A DNA stretch of 64,000 nucleotides from the human T2T-CHM13v2.0 reference genome, Homo sapiens. This document shows positions 35,468 through 50,900 of this stretch, piece by piece. Made by a program: the position numbers and the translations under genes. The first letter of the stretch is position 1, and each line of letters starts with the position of its first letter. The stretch lies in assembly GCF_009914755.1 (NCBI RefSeq), contig NC_060926.1, one strand, 5' to 3'. The notes beneath the pieces were generated by a model that saw only the letters and a list, made by a program, of their open reading frames with translations, had not been told where the DNA came from and made no database searches.

Positions 35468-35851
35468 TCTACTCCACACCGGCCCTGCCACCGTGCCCTG
35501 GCAGTCTCTCTACCCGACACCGGCCCTGCCACCGTGCCCTTACAGTCTCTCTACCCCACACTGGCCCTGCTACCATGCCCTGGCAGTCTCTCTACCCCAC
35601 ACCGGCCCACCACCGTGCCCTCACAGTCTCTCTACCCCACACCTGCCCGCCACCGTGCCCTCACAGTCTCTCTACCCCACACCTGCCTGCCACCGTGCCC
35701 TCGCAGTCTCTCTTCCCCACACCTGCCTGCCACCGTGCCCTCACAGACTCTCTACCCCACACCGGCCCGCCACCGTGCCCTCACAGTCTCTCTGATCTGT
35801 CTCCCTCTCCTGCCCCCAGACCATCTACCTCACACAGGCCCTGCCACCGTG
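35468..35851. repeat. 40-41-bp minisatellite, ~8.5 units plus a partial unit
   Basis: caccgtgccc recurs at 35489, 35530, (35571), 35611, 35651, 35691, 35731, 35771. Confidence 0.93.
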
Positions 35852-35974
35852 TGATGCCCAGCCATTCCCACTTCTTGGCTTTTATTCAAGCCTCAATCTC
35901 TCCATAGAATACTCCCTCCTTATCATCTCAACCTGGCTTCGAATGTTCAAGTCTGACACATCGCAAAGGCTACA

Positions 35975-38900
35975 CCCAAACACCACCCACTGTCTGCAAC
36001 CTCCCCAAACCCCCACTGTATGCAAGGTCCTCAAATCCCCCCACTGTGTGCAACCTCCTCAAATCCCACCACTGTGTGCAACCCCCCAAATCTCCCCCAC
36101 TGTGAGCAAAACCCCAAATCCCCCCACTGGGTGCAACCTCCTCAAATCCCACCACTGTGTGAAACCTCCTCAAATCCCCCCACTGTGTGCAACTTCCTCA
36201 AATCCCCTCCACTCTGTGTAACCTCCCCAAATTCCCCCCACTGTGTGCAACCTCCTCAGATCCCTCCCACGCTGTGCAAACTCCCCAGATCCCCCCCAAC
36301 TCTGTGCAACCTCCCCAAATCTCCCCAACTGTGTGCAACCTCACCAAATCCCGACACTGTGTGCAACCTCCCCAAATCCTGCGCACTCTGTGCAACCTCC
36401 CCAAATCCGCCCCACCCTGTGCATCCTCCCAAAATCCCCCACACTGTGTGCAACCTCCTCAAATCCCCCCAACTGTTTGCAACCTCCCAAATCCCCCCAC
36501 TTTGAGCAACCTCCCCAAATCCCCCCACTGTGTAAAACCTCCCCAAATCCCCCCACTGTGAGCAACCTCCCCAAATCCCCCCACTGTGTGCAACTTCCCT
36601 AAATCCCCCCACTGTGTTCAACCTCCCCAAATACCTCCCATTGTGTGCAAACACCCCAAATCCCTCCCACTCTGTGCAACCTCCCCAAATTACCCCCACT
36701 GTGTGCAACCTCCTCAGTTCCCTCCCACTCTATGCAAACTCCCCAAATCCCCCCGACTCTATGCAACCTCCCCAAATCCCCCCAACTCTGAGCAACCTCC
36801 CCAAATCCCCACCACTCTGTGCAACCTCCCCAAATCCCCCACACTGTGTGCAAACTCCTCAAATCCCCCTACTGTGAGCAACCTCCTCAAATCACCCCCC
36901 ACTGTGTTCAACCTCCTCGAATCACCCCACTGTGTGCAGCCTCCCCAAATCCCCCCCACTGTGTGCAACCTCCTCAGGTCCCCCACTGTGTGCAACCTCC
37001 CCAAATACCGCCACTGTGTGCAACCTCTTCTAATCCCCTCACTGTGTGCAACCTCCCCAAATCCCCCCACTGTGAGCAAACTCCTCAAATCCCCCCAACT
37101 GTGTGAGAGCTCCCCAAATCCCCCCAGTGTGTACAACTTGCCTAAATCCCCCCAACTGTAATCAACCTCCCCAAATCCCCCCTACTGTGTGCAACCTTCC
37201 CAAATCCCCCCACTCTGTGCAACTTCCCCAAATCCCCCCTACTCTCTGCAAACTCACCAAATCCCCCCCACTCTGTGCAACCTTCCCAAATCCCCCCCAT
37301 TGTGGGCAACAACACCAAATCCTGCCACTGTGTGCAACCTCACCAAATTCCCCCCACTCCGTGCAACCTCCCCAAATACCCCCAACTCTGTGCAACCTCC
37401 CAAAATCCCCCAAACTGTGTGCAACCTCCTCAAATCCCCATCCTGTGTGCAACCTCCTCAAATCCACCCCACTGTGTGCAACCTCCTCAAATCCCCCCAC
37501 TGTGTGCAACCTCCTCAAATCTCCTCACAGTGAGCAACCTCCTCAAATCCCCACACTGTGTGCAACCACCCCAAATCCCCCTACTGTAAGCAACCTCCCC
37601 AAATCCCTCCACTCTGTTCAACCTCCCCAAATCCCCCCCACTCTGTGCAACCTCCAACTTTCCCTCCCATTGTGTGCAACCCCCCCAAATCCCCCCACTG
37701 TGTGCAACCCCCCAAATCCCACCCACTGTGTGCAACCTCCTCAAATCCCCCCACTGTGTGCAGCCTCCCCAAATCCCACCCACTGTGTGCAACCTCAGGT
37801 CCCCCACTGTGTGCAACCCCCCCAATCCCCCTACTGTGTGTAACCTCCTCAAATCCGCTCACTGTGTGCAACCTCCTCAAATCCCCCTACTGCCTGCAAC
37901 CTCCTCAAATCCCCCCACTGTGGGCAACCTCCCCAAATCCCCCCACTGTGTGCAAACTCACCACATTCCCCCCAGTGTGTGCAACCTTTACAACTCTACT
38001 CACTGTGAGCAACCTCCCCAAATCGCCCCACTATGAGCAGCCTCCTCAAATCCCCCAACTGTGTGCCACTTCCCCAAATCCCCACATTCTGAGCAACCTC
38101 CCCAAATCCCCCCACTGTGATGTAACCTCCTCAAATTGCCCGCACTGTACAACCTCCTCAAATCTCCCCCGCTGTGTGCAACCTCCTCAAATCCCGACTC
38201 TGTGCAACCTCCCCAAATCCCCCCAGTGTGTGCAACCTCCCCAAATCCACCCAACTCTGAGCAACCTCGCCAAATCCCCCCAACTCTGTGCAACCTCCCC
38301 CATCCCTCCCACTGTGTGCAACCCCCCCAAATCCCCCTACTGTGTGCAACCTGCTCAAATCCCCAAACTGTGTGCAACCTCCCCAAATCACCCTCACTGT
38401 GTGCAACCTCCTCAAGTCCCCCACTGTGTGCAATCCGCCCAAGTCCCCCCACTGTGCAACCTGCTCAAATCCCCTCACTGTGTGCAACCTCCCCAAATCC
38501 CTCACACTGGGTGCAACCTCCTCAAATCCCCTACTCTGTGGAACCTCCTCAAATCCCCCCACTGTGTGCAGCCTCCTCAAATCCCCTCACTATGTGCAAC
38601 TCCACCAAATCTCCCCCACTGTGAGCAAAACCACAAATCCCCCCAATGTGTGCAACTTCCTCAAATCCCCCCACTGTGTGCAACCTCCCCAAAACCCCCC
38701 ACTGTTTGCAACACCCCCAAATCTCCCCCACTGTGAGCAAACCCCCAAAACCCCCACTGGGTACAACCTCCTCAAATCCCCCCACTGTGTGTAACCTCCC
38801 AAAATCCCCCCACTGTGTGCAAACCCCCCAAATCTCCCTATGACCAAAACCACAAATCCCCCCACTGTGTGCAACCTCCTCAAATCCCCCCAATGTGTGC

Positions 38901-41900
38901 AACCCCCAAAATCCCCCCCACTGTGGGCAACCCCCCCAAATCCCCCACTGTGTGCAACCCCCCAAAACTCCCCCACTGTGAGCAAAACCACAAATCTCCC
39001 CAGTGTGTGCAGCCTCCTCAAATCCCCCCACTGTGCGCATCCCTCCAATCCCCTCCACTCTGTGCAACCTCCCCAAATTCCCCCAACTGTGTGCAACCTC
39101 CTCAAATCCCTCCCACTCTGTGCAAACTCCCCAAATCCACCCCACACTGTGCAAACTCCCCAAATCCACCCCACACTGTGCAACCTCCTCAAATCCTCCC
39201 CCACTGTGTGCAACCTCCCCAAATCGCCCCACTGTATGCAGCCTCCCCAAATCCCCCCTACTCTGAGCAACCTCCCCAAATCCCCCCACTCTGTGCAACC
39301 TCGCCAAATCCCCCACACTGTGTGCAACCTATTCAAATCCCCCCAGTGTGCAACCTCCTCAAATGCCCCCACTGTGAAAACCTCCACAAATCCCCCTACT
39401 GTGTGCAACCTCCTCAAATCCCCCCACTGTGTGCAACCTCCCCAAATCCCCTCCACTGTGTGCAACTGCCCCCAAATCCTCCCAGTGTGTGCAACCTCCC
39501 CAAATCCCCCCACTGTGTGCAACCTCCTCAAATCCCCCGCCACTGTGAGCAACCTCCTAAAATCCCCACACTGTGAGAAACCTCCTCAAATCCCCCCAAC
39601 TGTGTGCAACCTCCCCAAATCTCCCCAGTGTGTGCAACTTCCCTAAATCCCCTAAACTGTATTCAACCTCTCCAAATCCCCACCACTGTGTGCAACCTCC
39701 CGAAATCCCATCAACTGTGTGCAACATCCTCAAATCCCCCTCACTCTGTGCAACCTCCCCAAATCTCCCCCACTCTGTGCAACCCCCCCAAATCCCCCCC
39801 ATTGTGGGCAACGTCACAAAATCCCACGATGTGTGCAACCTCCCCAAATCCCCCACACTCTGTGCAACCTCCCCAACTCCCCCTGACTCTCTGCAACCTC
39901 CCCAAATCCCCCACACTGTGTGCAACCTTCTCAAATCCCCCTACTGTGTGCAACCTCCTCAAATCCCCCCCACTGTGTGCAACCTCCTCAAATCCCCCCC
40001 ACTGTGTGCAACCTCCTCAAATCCCCCCATTGTGTGCAACGTCCTCAAATCCCCCGACTGTGTTCAACCTCCTGAAATCCCTTCACTGCGTGCAACCTCC
40101 CCAAATACCCCCACTGTGTGCAACCTCCGCAAATCCCCCCACTGTGTGCAACCTCCCCAAATCCCCCCCACTCTGTGCGACCTCCCCAAATCCCCCCACT
40201 ATGTGCGACCTCCTCAAATCCCCCCAGTATGTGCAACCTCCTCAAATCCCTCCACTCTGTGCAACCTCACCCTATCTTTCCAACTGTGTGCAACCCCCCC
40301 AAATACCCCCACTATGTGCAACCTCCTCAAATCCCCCCACTGTGTGCAACCTCCCCAAATCCCCCCACTGTGTGCAACCTCCCCAAAACCCCCCATTGTG
40401 TGCAACCTCCCCAAATCCCCCCCACTGTGAGCAACCTCCCCAAATCCCCACACTGTCTGCAACCACCCCAAATCGCCCCCACTGTGTGCAACCTCCTCAT
40501 ATTCCCCCCACTGTGTGGACCCTTCTCAAATCCCCCCTAATGTCAGCAACTTCCCTAAATCCCCCAACTGTGTTCAACCTCCCCAAATCCCTCCCACTGT
40601 GTGCAGCCTCCCCAAATCCTCCCGACTCTGTGCAACCTCCCCAAATACCCCCCACTGTGTGCAACTTCCTCAAGTCCCCCACTGTGTGCAACCCCCACAA
40701 ATCCCCCCACTGTGCGCAACCTCCTCTAATCCCCTCACTGTGTGCAACCTCCACAAATGCCCCCCACAGTGCACAACCTCCTCAAATCCCCCACCACTGT
40801 GAGCAACCTGCCCAAATCCCCCCACTGTGAGTAACCTCCTGCAATTGCCCCGCACTGTGCAACCTCCTCAAATCCCCCCCACAGTGCAAAACCTCCTCAA
40901 AACCCCCGCCACTCTGAGCAACCTCCTCAAATACCCCACTGTCAGCAACCTCCTCAAATCCCCCCAACTGTGTGCGACCTCCCCAAATCCCCCCACTGTG
41001 TGCAACCTCCCCAAAACCCCCCATTGTGTGCAACCTCCCCAAATCCCCCCCACTGTGAGCAACCTCCCCAAATCCCCACACTGTCTGCAACCACCCCAAA
41101 TCGCCCCCACTGTGTGCAACCTCCTCATATTCCCCCCACTGTGTGGACCCTTCTCAAATCCCCCCTAATGTCAGCAACTTCCCTAAATCCCCCAACTGTG
41201 TTCAACCTCCCCAAATCCCTCCCACTGTGTGCAGCCTCCCCAAATCCTCCCGACTCTGTGCAACCTCCCCAAATACCCCCCACTGTGTGCAACTTCCTCA
41301 AGTCCCCCACTGTGTGCAACCCCCACAAATCCCCCCACTGTGCGCAACCTCCTCTAATCCCCTCACTGTGTGCAACCTCCACAAATGCCCCCCACAGTGC
41401 ACAACCTCCTCAAATCCCCCACCACTGTGAGCAACCTGCCCAAATCCCCCCACTGTGAGTAACCTCCTGCAATTGCCCCGCACTGTGCAACCTCCTCAAA
41501 TCCCCCCCACAGTGCAAAACCTCCTCAAAACCCCCGCCACTCTGAGCAACCTCCTCAAATACCCCACTGTCAGCAACCTCCTCAAATCCCCCCAACTGTG
41601 TGCGACCTCCCCAAATCCCCCCCACAGTGTGCAATCTCCACAAATCCCCCCCACTCTGTACAACCTCCCCAAACCCCCCCAACTGTGTACAACCTCCTCA
41701 CATACCACCCACTCTGTGCAACCTCCCCAAATCCCCCCGACTCTCTGCAAACTCCCCAAATCACCCCCACTCTGCAAACTCCCCAAATCTCACCCCACTG
41801 TGGGCAACCACACTAAATCCCGCCACTGTGTGCAACCTCACCAAATTTCCCCGTGTGCAACCTACCCAAATGCCCCCCACTCTGTGCAACCTCCCAAAAT

Positions 41901-44900
41901 CCCCCACAATGTGTGCAAACTCCTCAAATCCCAATACTGTGTGCAACCTCCTCAAATCCCCGTACTGTGTGCAACCTCCTCAAATCCCCCCACTGTGCGC
42001 AACCTCCTCATATCCCCCGACTGTTTACAACCTTCCCAAATCTCCCCACTGTGAGCAACCTCCCCAAATCCCCCACTGTGTGCAACCTCCCCAAATCCGC
42101 CCACTGTGTGCAACCTCCCCAAATCCCCCCACTGTGCGCAACCTCCCCAAATCCTCCCACTGTGCGCAACCTCCCCAAATCCCCCCGACTCTGTGCAACC
42201 TCCCCCATCCCTCCATGTGCAAACCTCCAAATCCCCCCACTGTGTGCAACCTCCTCAAATCCCCCCACTGTGTGCAACCTCCTCAAATCCCCCCGATGTG
42301 TGCAACACCCCCAAGTCCCCCCCACTGTGAGCAACCACCCCAGTCCCCCCACAGTGTGCAAACACCCCACATCTCCCCCACTGTGAGCAAAACCACAAAT
42401 CCCCCCAGTGTGTGCAACCTCCTCAATTCCCCCCACTGTGTGCAACCCCCCAAATGCCCCCCAATGTGAGCAACCCCCCCAAATCAACATGCTGTGTGAA
42501 ACCTCAAATCCCCCAACTGTGTGCAACCTCCCCAAATCCCCTCCACTGTGTGCAACCTCAAGTCCGCCACTGTGTGCAACCCCCGCAAATCCTCCCAGTG
42601 TTCGCAACCTCCTCAAATCCTCTCACTGTGTGCAGCCTTCTCAAATCCCACGCCACTGTGAGCAACCTCCACAAATCCCCCCAACTCTGTGCAACCTCCC
42701 CAAATCTCCCCAGTGTGTGCAACTTCCCTAAATCCCCCAAACTGTGTTCATCCTCCCCAAATCCCCCCCCCTCACTGTATGCAACCTCCCCAAATCCCAC
42801 CTAATGTGTGCAACATCCTCAAATCCCCACCACTCTGTGCAACCTCCCCAAATCCCCCCCAATCTATGCAACCTCCCCAAATCCCCCCCAATCTATGCAA
42901 CCTCCCCAAATCCTCCCCACTCTGTGCAACCTCCCCAAATCCCCTGCTTTGTGGGCAATGTCACAAAATCCCCCGGTGTGTGCAACCTCCCCAAATCCCC
43001 TCCACTCTGTGCAACCTCCACAAATCCCCCACACTCTGTGCAACCTACTCAAATCCCCACACTGTGTGCAACCTCCTCAAATCCCCCCCACTGTGTGCAA
43101 CCTCCTCAAATCCCCCCACTGTGAGCAAACTCCTCAAATCCCCTCACTGTGTGCCACCTCCCCAAATCCCCCCACTTTCTGCAACCTCCGCAAATACCCC
43201 CACTGTGTGCAACCTCCTCAAATCCCCCCACTCTGTGCAACCTCCCCTATCCCTCCCACTGTGTGCAACCGCCCCAAATCCCCCAACTATATGCAACCTA
43301 CTCAAATCCCCCCACTGTGTGCAACCTCCCCAAAACCCCCACTGTGAGCAACCTCCCCAAATCCCCTCACTGTGTAACCTCCCCAAATCCCCTCACTGTG
43401 TAACCTCCCAAAATACCCCCCGTGAGCAACCTCCCCAAATCCCCGCACTGTGTGCAACCACCCCAAATCCCCCCCACTGTGTGCAACCTCCTCAAATCCT
43501 CCGCCACTGTGAGCAACCTCCTCAAATACCCCACTGTGTGCAACCTCCTCAAATCCCCCCATCTGTGTGCGACCTCCCCAAATCCTCCCAGTGTGTGCAA
43601 CTTCCCTAAATCCCTCCAACTGTGTTTAGCTTCCCCAAATACCAACTGTGTGCAACCTCCTCACATCCCCACCACTCTGTGCAACCTCTCCAAGTCACCC
43701 CTACTCTCTGCAGACTCCCCAAATCCCCCCCCAATCTGTGCAACCTCCCCAAATCCCACCCAATTGTGGGCAACCACACAAAATCCCGCCACTGTGTGCA
43801 ACCTCACCAAATTTCTCCCACTCTGGGCAACCTCCCCAAATCCCCCCCACTCTGTGCAACCTCCCAAAATCCCACACACTGTATGCAACCTCCTCAAATC
43901 CCCATACTGTGTGCAACCTCCTCAAATCCCCGTACTGTGTGCAACCTCCTAAATCCCCCCAATGTGTGCAACCTCCTCAAATCCCCCCCACTGTGTTCAA
44001 CCTCCTCAAATCCCCCCACTGCGTGCAACCTCCTCAAATCCCCCCAATGTGAGCAACCTCCTCAAATCCCCCCACTGCGTGCAACCTCCTCAAATACCCC
44101 ACTGCGTGCAACCTCCTCAAATCCCCCCAATGTGAGGAACCTCCTCAAATCCTCCCACTATGTGCAACCTCCTCAAATCTCCCCACTGTGTGCAACCCCC
44201 CCAGATCTCCCCCACTGTGAGCAAAAGCACAAATCCCCCACTGTGTGCAACATTCCTCAAATCCCTGCACTGTGTGCAACCCAACCAAATCTCACCCACT
44301 GTGAGCAAACCCCCACATCCCCCCACTGTGTGCAACCTCCTCCAATCCCCCCACTGTGTGAAACCTCCCCAAATCCCCCCAATGTAGGCAACCCCCCAAA
44401 TCTCCCCCACAGTGAGCAAAAACACAAATTCCCCCACTGTGTGCAACCTCCACAAATCCTCCCAAGTCTGCAACCCCCCAAGTCCCCCCATTGTGAGCAA
44501 CCACCCCAAATCCCGCCACTGTGTGCAACCTCCTCAAATCACCGGGTGTGCAACCTGCTCAAATCCCCCCACTGTGTGCAACCTCCTCAAATCTCTCAAC
44601 TGTGTGCAACCTCCTCAAATCCCCCCTTCTGTGCAACTTCCCCAAATTCCAACTGTGTACAACCTCCTCAAATCCCTCCCACTCTTTGCAAACTCCCCAA
44701 ATCGCCCCACTCTGTGCAACCGCCCCAAATCTACCCCAGTCTGTGAAACCTCCCCAAATCCACCCCACTGTGTGCAACCTCACCACATCCACCACTGTGT
44801 GCAACCTCCCCAAATCCCCCCTACCTTGTGCAACCTCCCCAAATCCCACCCACTCTGTGCAACCTCCCCAAATACCCCACACTGTGTGCAACCTCCTCAA

Positions 44901-47900
44901 ATCCCCCCACTGTGTGCAACCTCCTCCAATCCCCCCACTGTGAGCAACCTCCCCAAATCCTCCTACTGTGTGCAACCTCCTCAAATCCCCCACTGTGTGC
45001 AACCTCCCCAAATCCTCTCCACTGTGTGCAACCTCCTCACGTCCCCCACTGTGTGCAACCCCCACAAATCCTCCCAGTGTGCGCATCCTCCTAAAATCCC
45101 CCCACTGTGAGTAACCTCCTAAAATCCCCCCACTGTGAGTAACCTCCTCAAATCCCAACTCTGTGCAACCTCCCCAAATCTCCCCAGTGTGTGCAACTTC
45201 CCTAAATCCCCCCAACTGTGTTTAACCTCTCCAAATCCCCCCACTGTGTGCAACCTCCCCGAATCCCCCCACTGTGTGCAACCTCCCCGAATCCCCCCAC
45301 TGTGTGCAGCCTCTCCAAATCCCCCCCACTCTGTGCAACCTCCTCAAATCCCCCCACTGTGTGCAACCGTGCTAAATCCCCCCACTCTGTGCAACCTCCT
45401 CAAATCCCCCCACTGTGTGCAACCTCCCCAAATCCCCCCACTGTGTGCAACGTCCCCAAATTCCCCCACTGTGTGCAACCTCCCCAAATCCCCCCACTAT
45501 GTGCAACGTCCCCAAATCCCCCCACTGTCTGCAACATCCCCAAATGCCCCCACTGTGAGCAACCTTCCCAAATCCCCCCACTGTGTGCAATCTCCCCATA
45601 TCCCCCCACTGTGAGCAACCTCCCCAAATCCCACTTGTTGCAACCTCCCCAAATCCCCCCACTGTGAGCAATCTCCCCAAATGCCCCACCGTGTGCAACC
45701 TCCTCAAATCCCCCACCACTCAGAGCAACCTTCTCAAATCCCCCCAATGTGAGCAACCTCCTCAAATCCCCCCCGCTATGTGCAACCTCATCAAATTTTC
45801 CCACTGTGTGCAACTTCCCTAAGTCGTCCAACTGTTCAACCTGCCCAAATCCCTCCAGCTGTGTGCAACCTCCCCAAATCCCCCCCACCCTGTGCAACCT
45901 CACAAAATTACACCCACTGCAACCTCCTCAAATCGTTCCCACTTTGTGCAAACTCCTCAAACCCCCCCCCACAGTGTGCAACCTCCCTAAATCCCCACCA
46001 CTCTGTGCAACCTCCCCAAATCCCCCCACACTGTGTGCAACTACGCCAAATCGCGCCACTGTGTGCAACCTCCACAAATCCCGCCCACTCTGTGAAACGT
46101 CCCCAAATCCCCCCACTCTGTGCAACCTCCCAAAATCCCCCACACAGTGTGCAACCTCCTCAATTCCCTCTAGTGTGTGCAACCTCCTCAAATCTCCCCC
46201 ACTGTGTGCAACCTCCTGAAATCTCCCCACTGTGTGTAACCTCCCCAAATGCCCCCCACTGTGTGCAACCTCAAGTCCCCCACTGTGTGTAATCCCCCCA
46301 AATCCCACCACTGTGCCCAACCTCCTCTAATCCATTCACTGTGTGCAACCTCCCCAAATCCCCCCCAATATGTGCAATCTCCTCAAATCCTCCTCCACTG
46401 TGAGTAACCTCCTCAAATCCCCCCAGTGTGTGCAACTTCCCTAAATCCCCCCAACTGTGTACAACCTCCCCAAATCCCCCACACTGTGTGCAACCTTCCC
46501 AAATTCCCCCACTCTGTGCACCCTCCCCAAATCTACCCAACTCTGTGCAACCTCCTCACATCCCCCCCACTCTGTGCAACCTCCCCAAATCCCCCCTAAT
46601 CTCTGCAAACTCCCCAAATCCCCCCCATTGTGGGCAACCACACCAAATCCCGCCACTCTGTGCAACCTCACCAAATTCCCCCCATTCTGTGCAACCTCCC
46701 CAAATCCACCAACTCTGTGCAACCTCACAAAATTACTCATACTGTGTGCAACCTCCTCAAATCCCCGTACTGTGTGCAACCTCCTATCACCCCCACTGTG
46801 TGCAACCTCCTCAAATCCCCCCACTGCGTGCAACCTCCTCAAATCCCCCCACTGTGTGCAACCTCCTCTAATCCCCCCACTGTGAGCAACCTCCCCAAAT
46901 CCCTCCCATTGTGTGCAGCCTCCCCAAATCCCCCCGACGCTGTGCAACCTCCCAAAATTGCCCCCACTGTGTGCAACCTCCTCAAATCCCTCCCACTCTG
47001 TGCAAACTCCCCAAACCCCCCCCGTGCAGCCTCCCCATATCCCCCCAACTCTGTGCAACCTCCCGAAAACACCCCTCACTGTGTGCAACCTCGCGCAATC
47101 ACGACACTGTGTGCAACCTCCCCAAATCACCCCCACTCTCTGCAACCTCCCCAAGTCTCCCACACTCTGTGCAACCTCCTCAAATCCCCCCACTGTTTGC
47201 AACCTCCCAAAATCTCCCTATGTGCAACCTCGCAAAATCTCCCCCACTATGTGCAACCTCCTCAAATCCCCCCACTGTGTCCAACCTCCCCAAATCCCTC
47301 CCACTGTGTGCAACCTCCTCTAGTCCCCCACTGTGTGCACCCCCCAAAAATCCCCCCACTGTGTGCAACCTCCTCAAATCCCCCTACTGCGAGCAACCTC
47401 CTCAAATCTCTCCACTGTGTGCAACCTCCCCAAATCCCCCACTGTGTGCAACGTCCCCAAATCCCCCCACTGTGAGCAACCTTCCCAAATCCCCCCACTG
47501 TGTGCAATCTCCCCATATCCCCCCACTGTGAGCAACCTCCCCAAATCCCCCACACTATGTGCAACCTCCTCAAATCCCCCCACTCTGCACAATCTCCCCA
47601 AATCCCCCCCACTCTGCGCAACCTCCTCAAATCCCCCCAGTTTGCAACCTCCCAAAATCTCCCTATGTGCAACCTCGCAAAATCTCCCCCACTATGTGCA
47701 ACCTCCCCAAATCCCCCCCAATCTATGCAACCTCCCCAAATCCTCCCCACTCTGTGCAACCTCCCCAAATCCCCTGCTTTGTGGGCAATGTCACAAAATC
47801 CCCCGGTGTGTGCAACCTCCCCAAATCCCCTCCACTCTGTGCAACCTCCACAAATCCCCCACACTCTGTGCAACCTACTCAAATCCCCACACTGTGTGCA

Positions 47901-50900
47901 ACCTCCTCAAATCCCCCCCACTGTGTGCAACCTCCTCAAATCCCCCCACTGTGAGCAAACTCCTCAAATCCCCTCACTGTGTGCCACCTCCCCAAATCCC
48001 CCCACTTTCTGCAACCTCCGCAAATACCCCCACTGTGTGCAACCTCCTCAAATCCCCCCACTCTGTGCAACCTCCCCTATCCCTCCCACTGTGTGCAACC
48101 GCCCCAAATCCCCCAACTATATGCAACCTACTCAAATCCCCCCACTGTGTGCAACCTCCCCAAAACCCCCACTGTGAGCAACCTCCCCAAATCCCCTCAC
48201 TGTGTAACCTCTCCAAATCCCCTCACTGTGTAACCTCCCAAAATACCCCCCGTGAGCAACCTCCCCAAATCCCCGCACTGTGTGCAACCACCCCAAATCC
48301 CCCCCACTGTGTGCAACCTCCTCAAATCCTCCGCCACTGTGAGCAACCTCCTCAAATACCCCACTGTGTGCAACCTCCTCAAATCCCCCCATCTGTGTGC
48401 GACCTCCCCAAATCCTCCCAGTGTGTGCAACTTCCCTAAATCCCTCCAACTGTGTTTAGCTTCCCCAAATACCAACTGTGTGCAACCTCCTCACATCCCC
48501 ACCACTCTGTGCAACCTCTCCAAGTCACCCCTACTCTCTGCAGACTCCCCAAATCCCCCCCCAATCTGTGCAACCTCCCCAAATCCCACCCAATTGTGGG
48601 CAACCACACAAAATCCCGCCACTGTGTGCAACCTCACCAAATTTCTCCCACTCTGGGCAACCTCCCCAAATCCCCCCCACTCTGTGCAACCTCCCAAAAT
48701 CCCACACACTGTATGCAACCTCCTCAAATCCCCATACTGTGTGCAACCTCCTCAAATCCCCGTACTGTGTGCAACCTCCTAAATCCCCCCAATGTGTGCA
48801 ACCTCCTCAAATCCCCCCCACTGTGTTCAACCTCCTCAAATCCCCCCACTGCGTGCAACCTCCTCAAATCCCCCCAATGTGAGCAACCTCCTCAAATCCC
48901 CCCACTGCGTGCAACCTCCTCAAATACCCCACTGCGTGCAACCTCCTCAAATCCCCCCAATGTGAGGAACCTCCTCAAATCCTCCCACTATGTGCAACCT
49001 CCTCAAATCTCCCCACTGTGTGCAACCCCCCCAGATCTCCCCCACTGTGAGCAAAAGCACAAATCCCCCACTGTGTGCAACATTCCTCAAATCCCTGCAC
49101 TGTGTGCAACCCAACCAAATCTCACCCACTGTGAGCAAACCCCCACATCCCCCCACTGTGTGCAACCTCCTCCAATCCCCCCACTGTGTGAAACCTCCCC
49201 AAATCCCCCCAATGTAGGCAACCCCCCAAATCTCCCCCACAGTGAGCAAAAACACAAATTCCCCCACTGTGTGCAACCTCCACAAATCCTCCCAAGTCTG
49301 CAACCCCCCAAGTCCCCCCATTGTGAGCAACCACCCCAAATCCCGCCACTGTGTGCAACCTCCTCAAATCACCCGGTGTGCAACCTGCTCAAATCCCCCC
49401 ACTGTGTGCAACCTCCTCAAATCTCTCAACTGTGTGCAACCTCCTCAAATCCCCCCTTCTGTGCAACTTCCCCAAATTCCAACTGTGTACAACCTCCTCA
49501 AATCCCTCCCACTCTTTGCAAACTCCCCAAATCGCCCCACTCTGTGCAACCGCCCCAAATCTACCCCAGTCTGTGAAACCTCCCCAAATCCACCCCACTG
49601 TGTGCAACCTCACCACATCCACCACTGTGTGCAACCTCCCCAAATCCCCCCTACCTTGTGCAACCTCCCCAAATCCCACCCACTCTGTGCAACCTCCCCA
49701 AATACCCCACACTGTGTGCAACCTCCTCAAATCCCCCCACTGTGTGCAACCTCCTCCAATCCCCCCACTGTGAGCAACCTCCCCAAATCCTCCTACTGTG
49801 TGCAACCTCCTCAAATCCCCCACTGTGTGCAACCTCCCCAAATCCTCTCCACTGTGTGCAACCTCCTCACGTCCCCCACTGTGTGCAACCCCCACAAATC
49901 CTCCCAGTGTGCGCATCCTCCTAAAATCCCCCCACTGTGAGTAACCTCCTAAAATCCCCCCACTGTGAGTAACCTCCTCAAATCCCAACTCTGTGCAACC
50001 TCCCCAAATCTCCCCAGTGTGTGCAACTTCCCTAAATCCCCCCAACTGTGTTTAACCTCTCCAAATCCCCCCACTGTGTGCAACCTCCCCGAATCCCCCC
50101 ACTGTGTGCAACCTCCCCGAATCCCCCCACTGTGTGCAGCCTCTCCAAATCCCCCCCACTCTGTGCAACCTCCTCAAATCCCCCCACTGTGTGCAACCGT
50201 GCTAAATCCCCCCACTCTGTGCAACCTCCTCAAATCCCCCCACTGTGTGCAACCTCCCCAAATCCCCCCACTGTGTGCAACGTCCCCAAATTCCCCCACT
50301 GTGTGCAACCTCCCCAAATCCCCCCACTATGTGCAACGTCCCCAAATCCCCCCACTGTCTGCAACATCCCCAAATGCCCCCACTGTGAGCAACCTTCCCA
50401 AATCCCCCCACTGTGTGCAATCTCCCCATATCCCCCCACTGTGAGCAACCTCCCCAAATCCCACTTGTTGCAACCTCCCCAAATCCCCCCACTGTGAGCA
50501 ATCTCCCCAAATGCCCCACCGTGTGCAACCTCCTCAAATCCCCCACCACTCAGAGCAACCTTCTCAAATCCCCCCAATGTGAGCAACCTCCTCAAATCCC
50601 CCCCGCTATGTGCAACCTCATCAAATTTTCCCACTGTGTGCAACTTCCCTAAGTCGTCCAACTGTTCAACCTGCCCAAATCCCTCCAGCTGTGTGCAACC
50701 TCCCCAAATCCCCCCCACCCTGTGCAACCTCACAAAATTACACCCACTGCAACCTCCTCAAATCGTTCCCACTTTGTGCAAACTCCTCAAACCCCCCCCC
50801 ACAGTGTGCAACCTCCCTAAATCCCCACCACTCTGTGCAACCTCCCCAAATCCCCCCACACTGTGTGCAACTACGCCAAATCGCGCCACTGTGTGCAACC

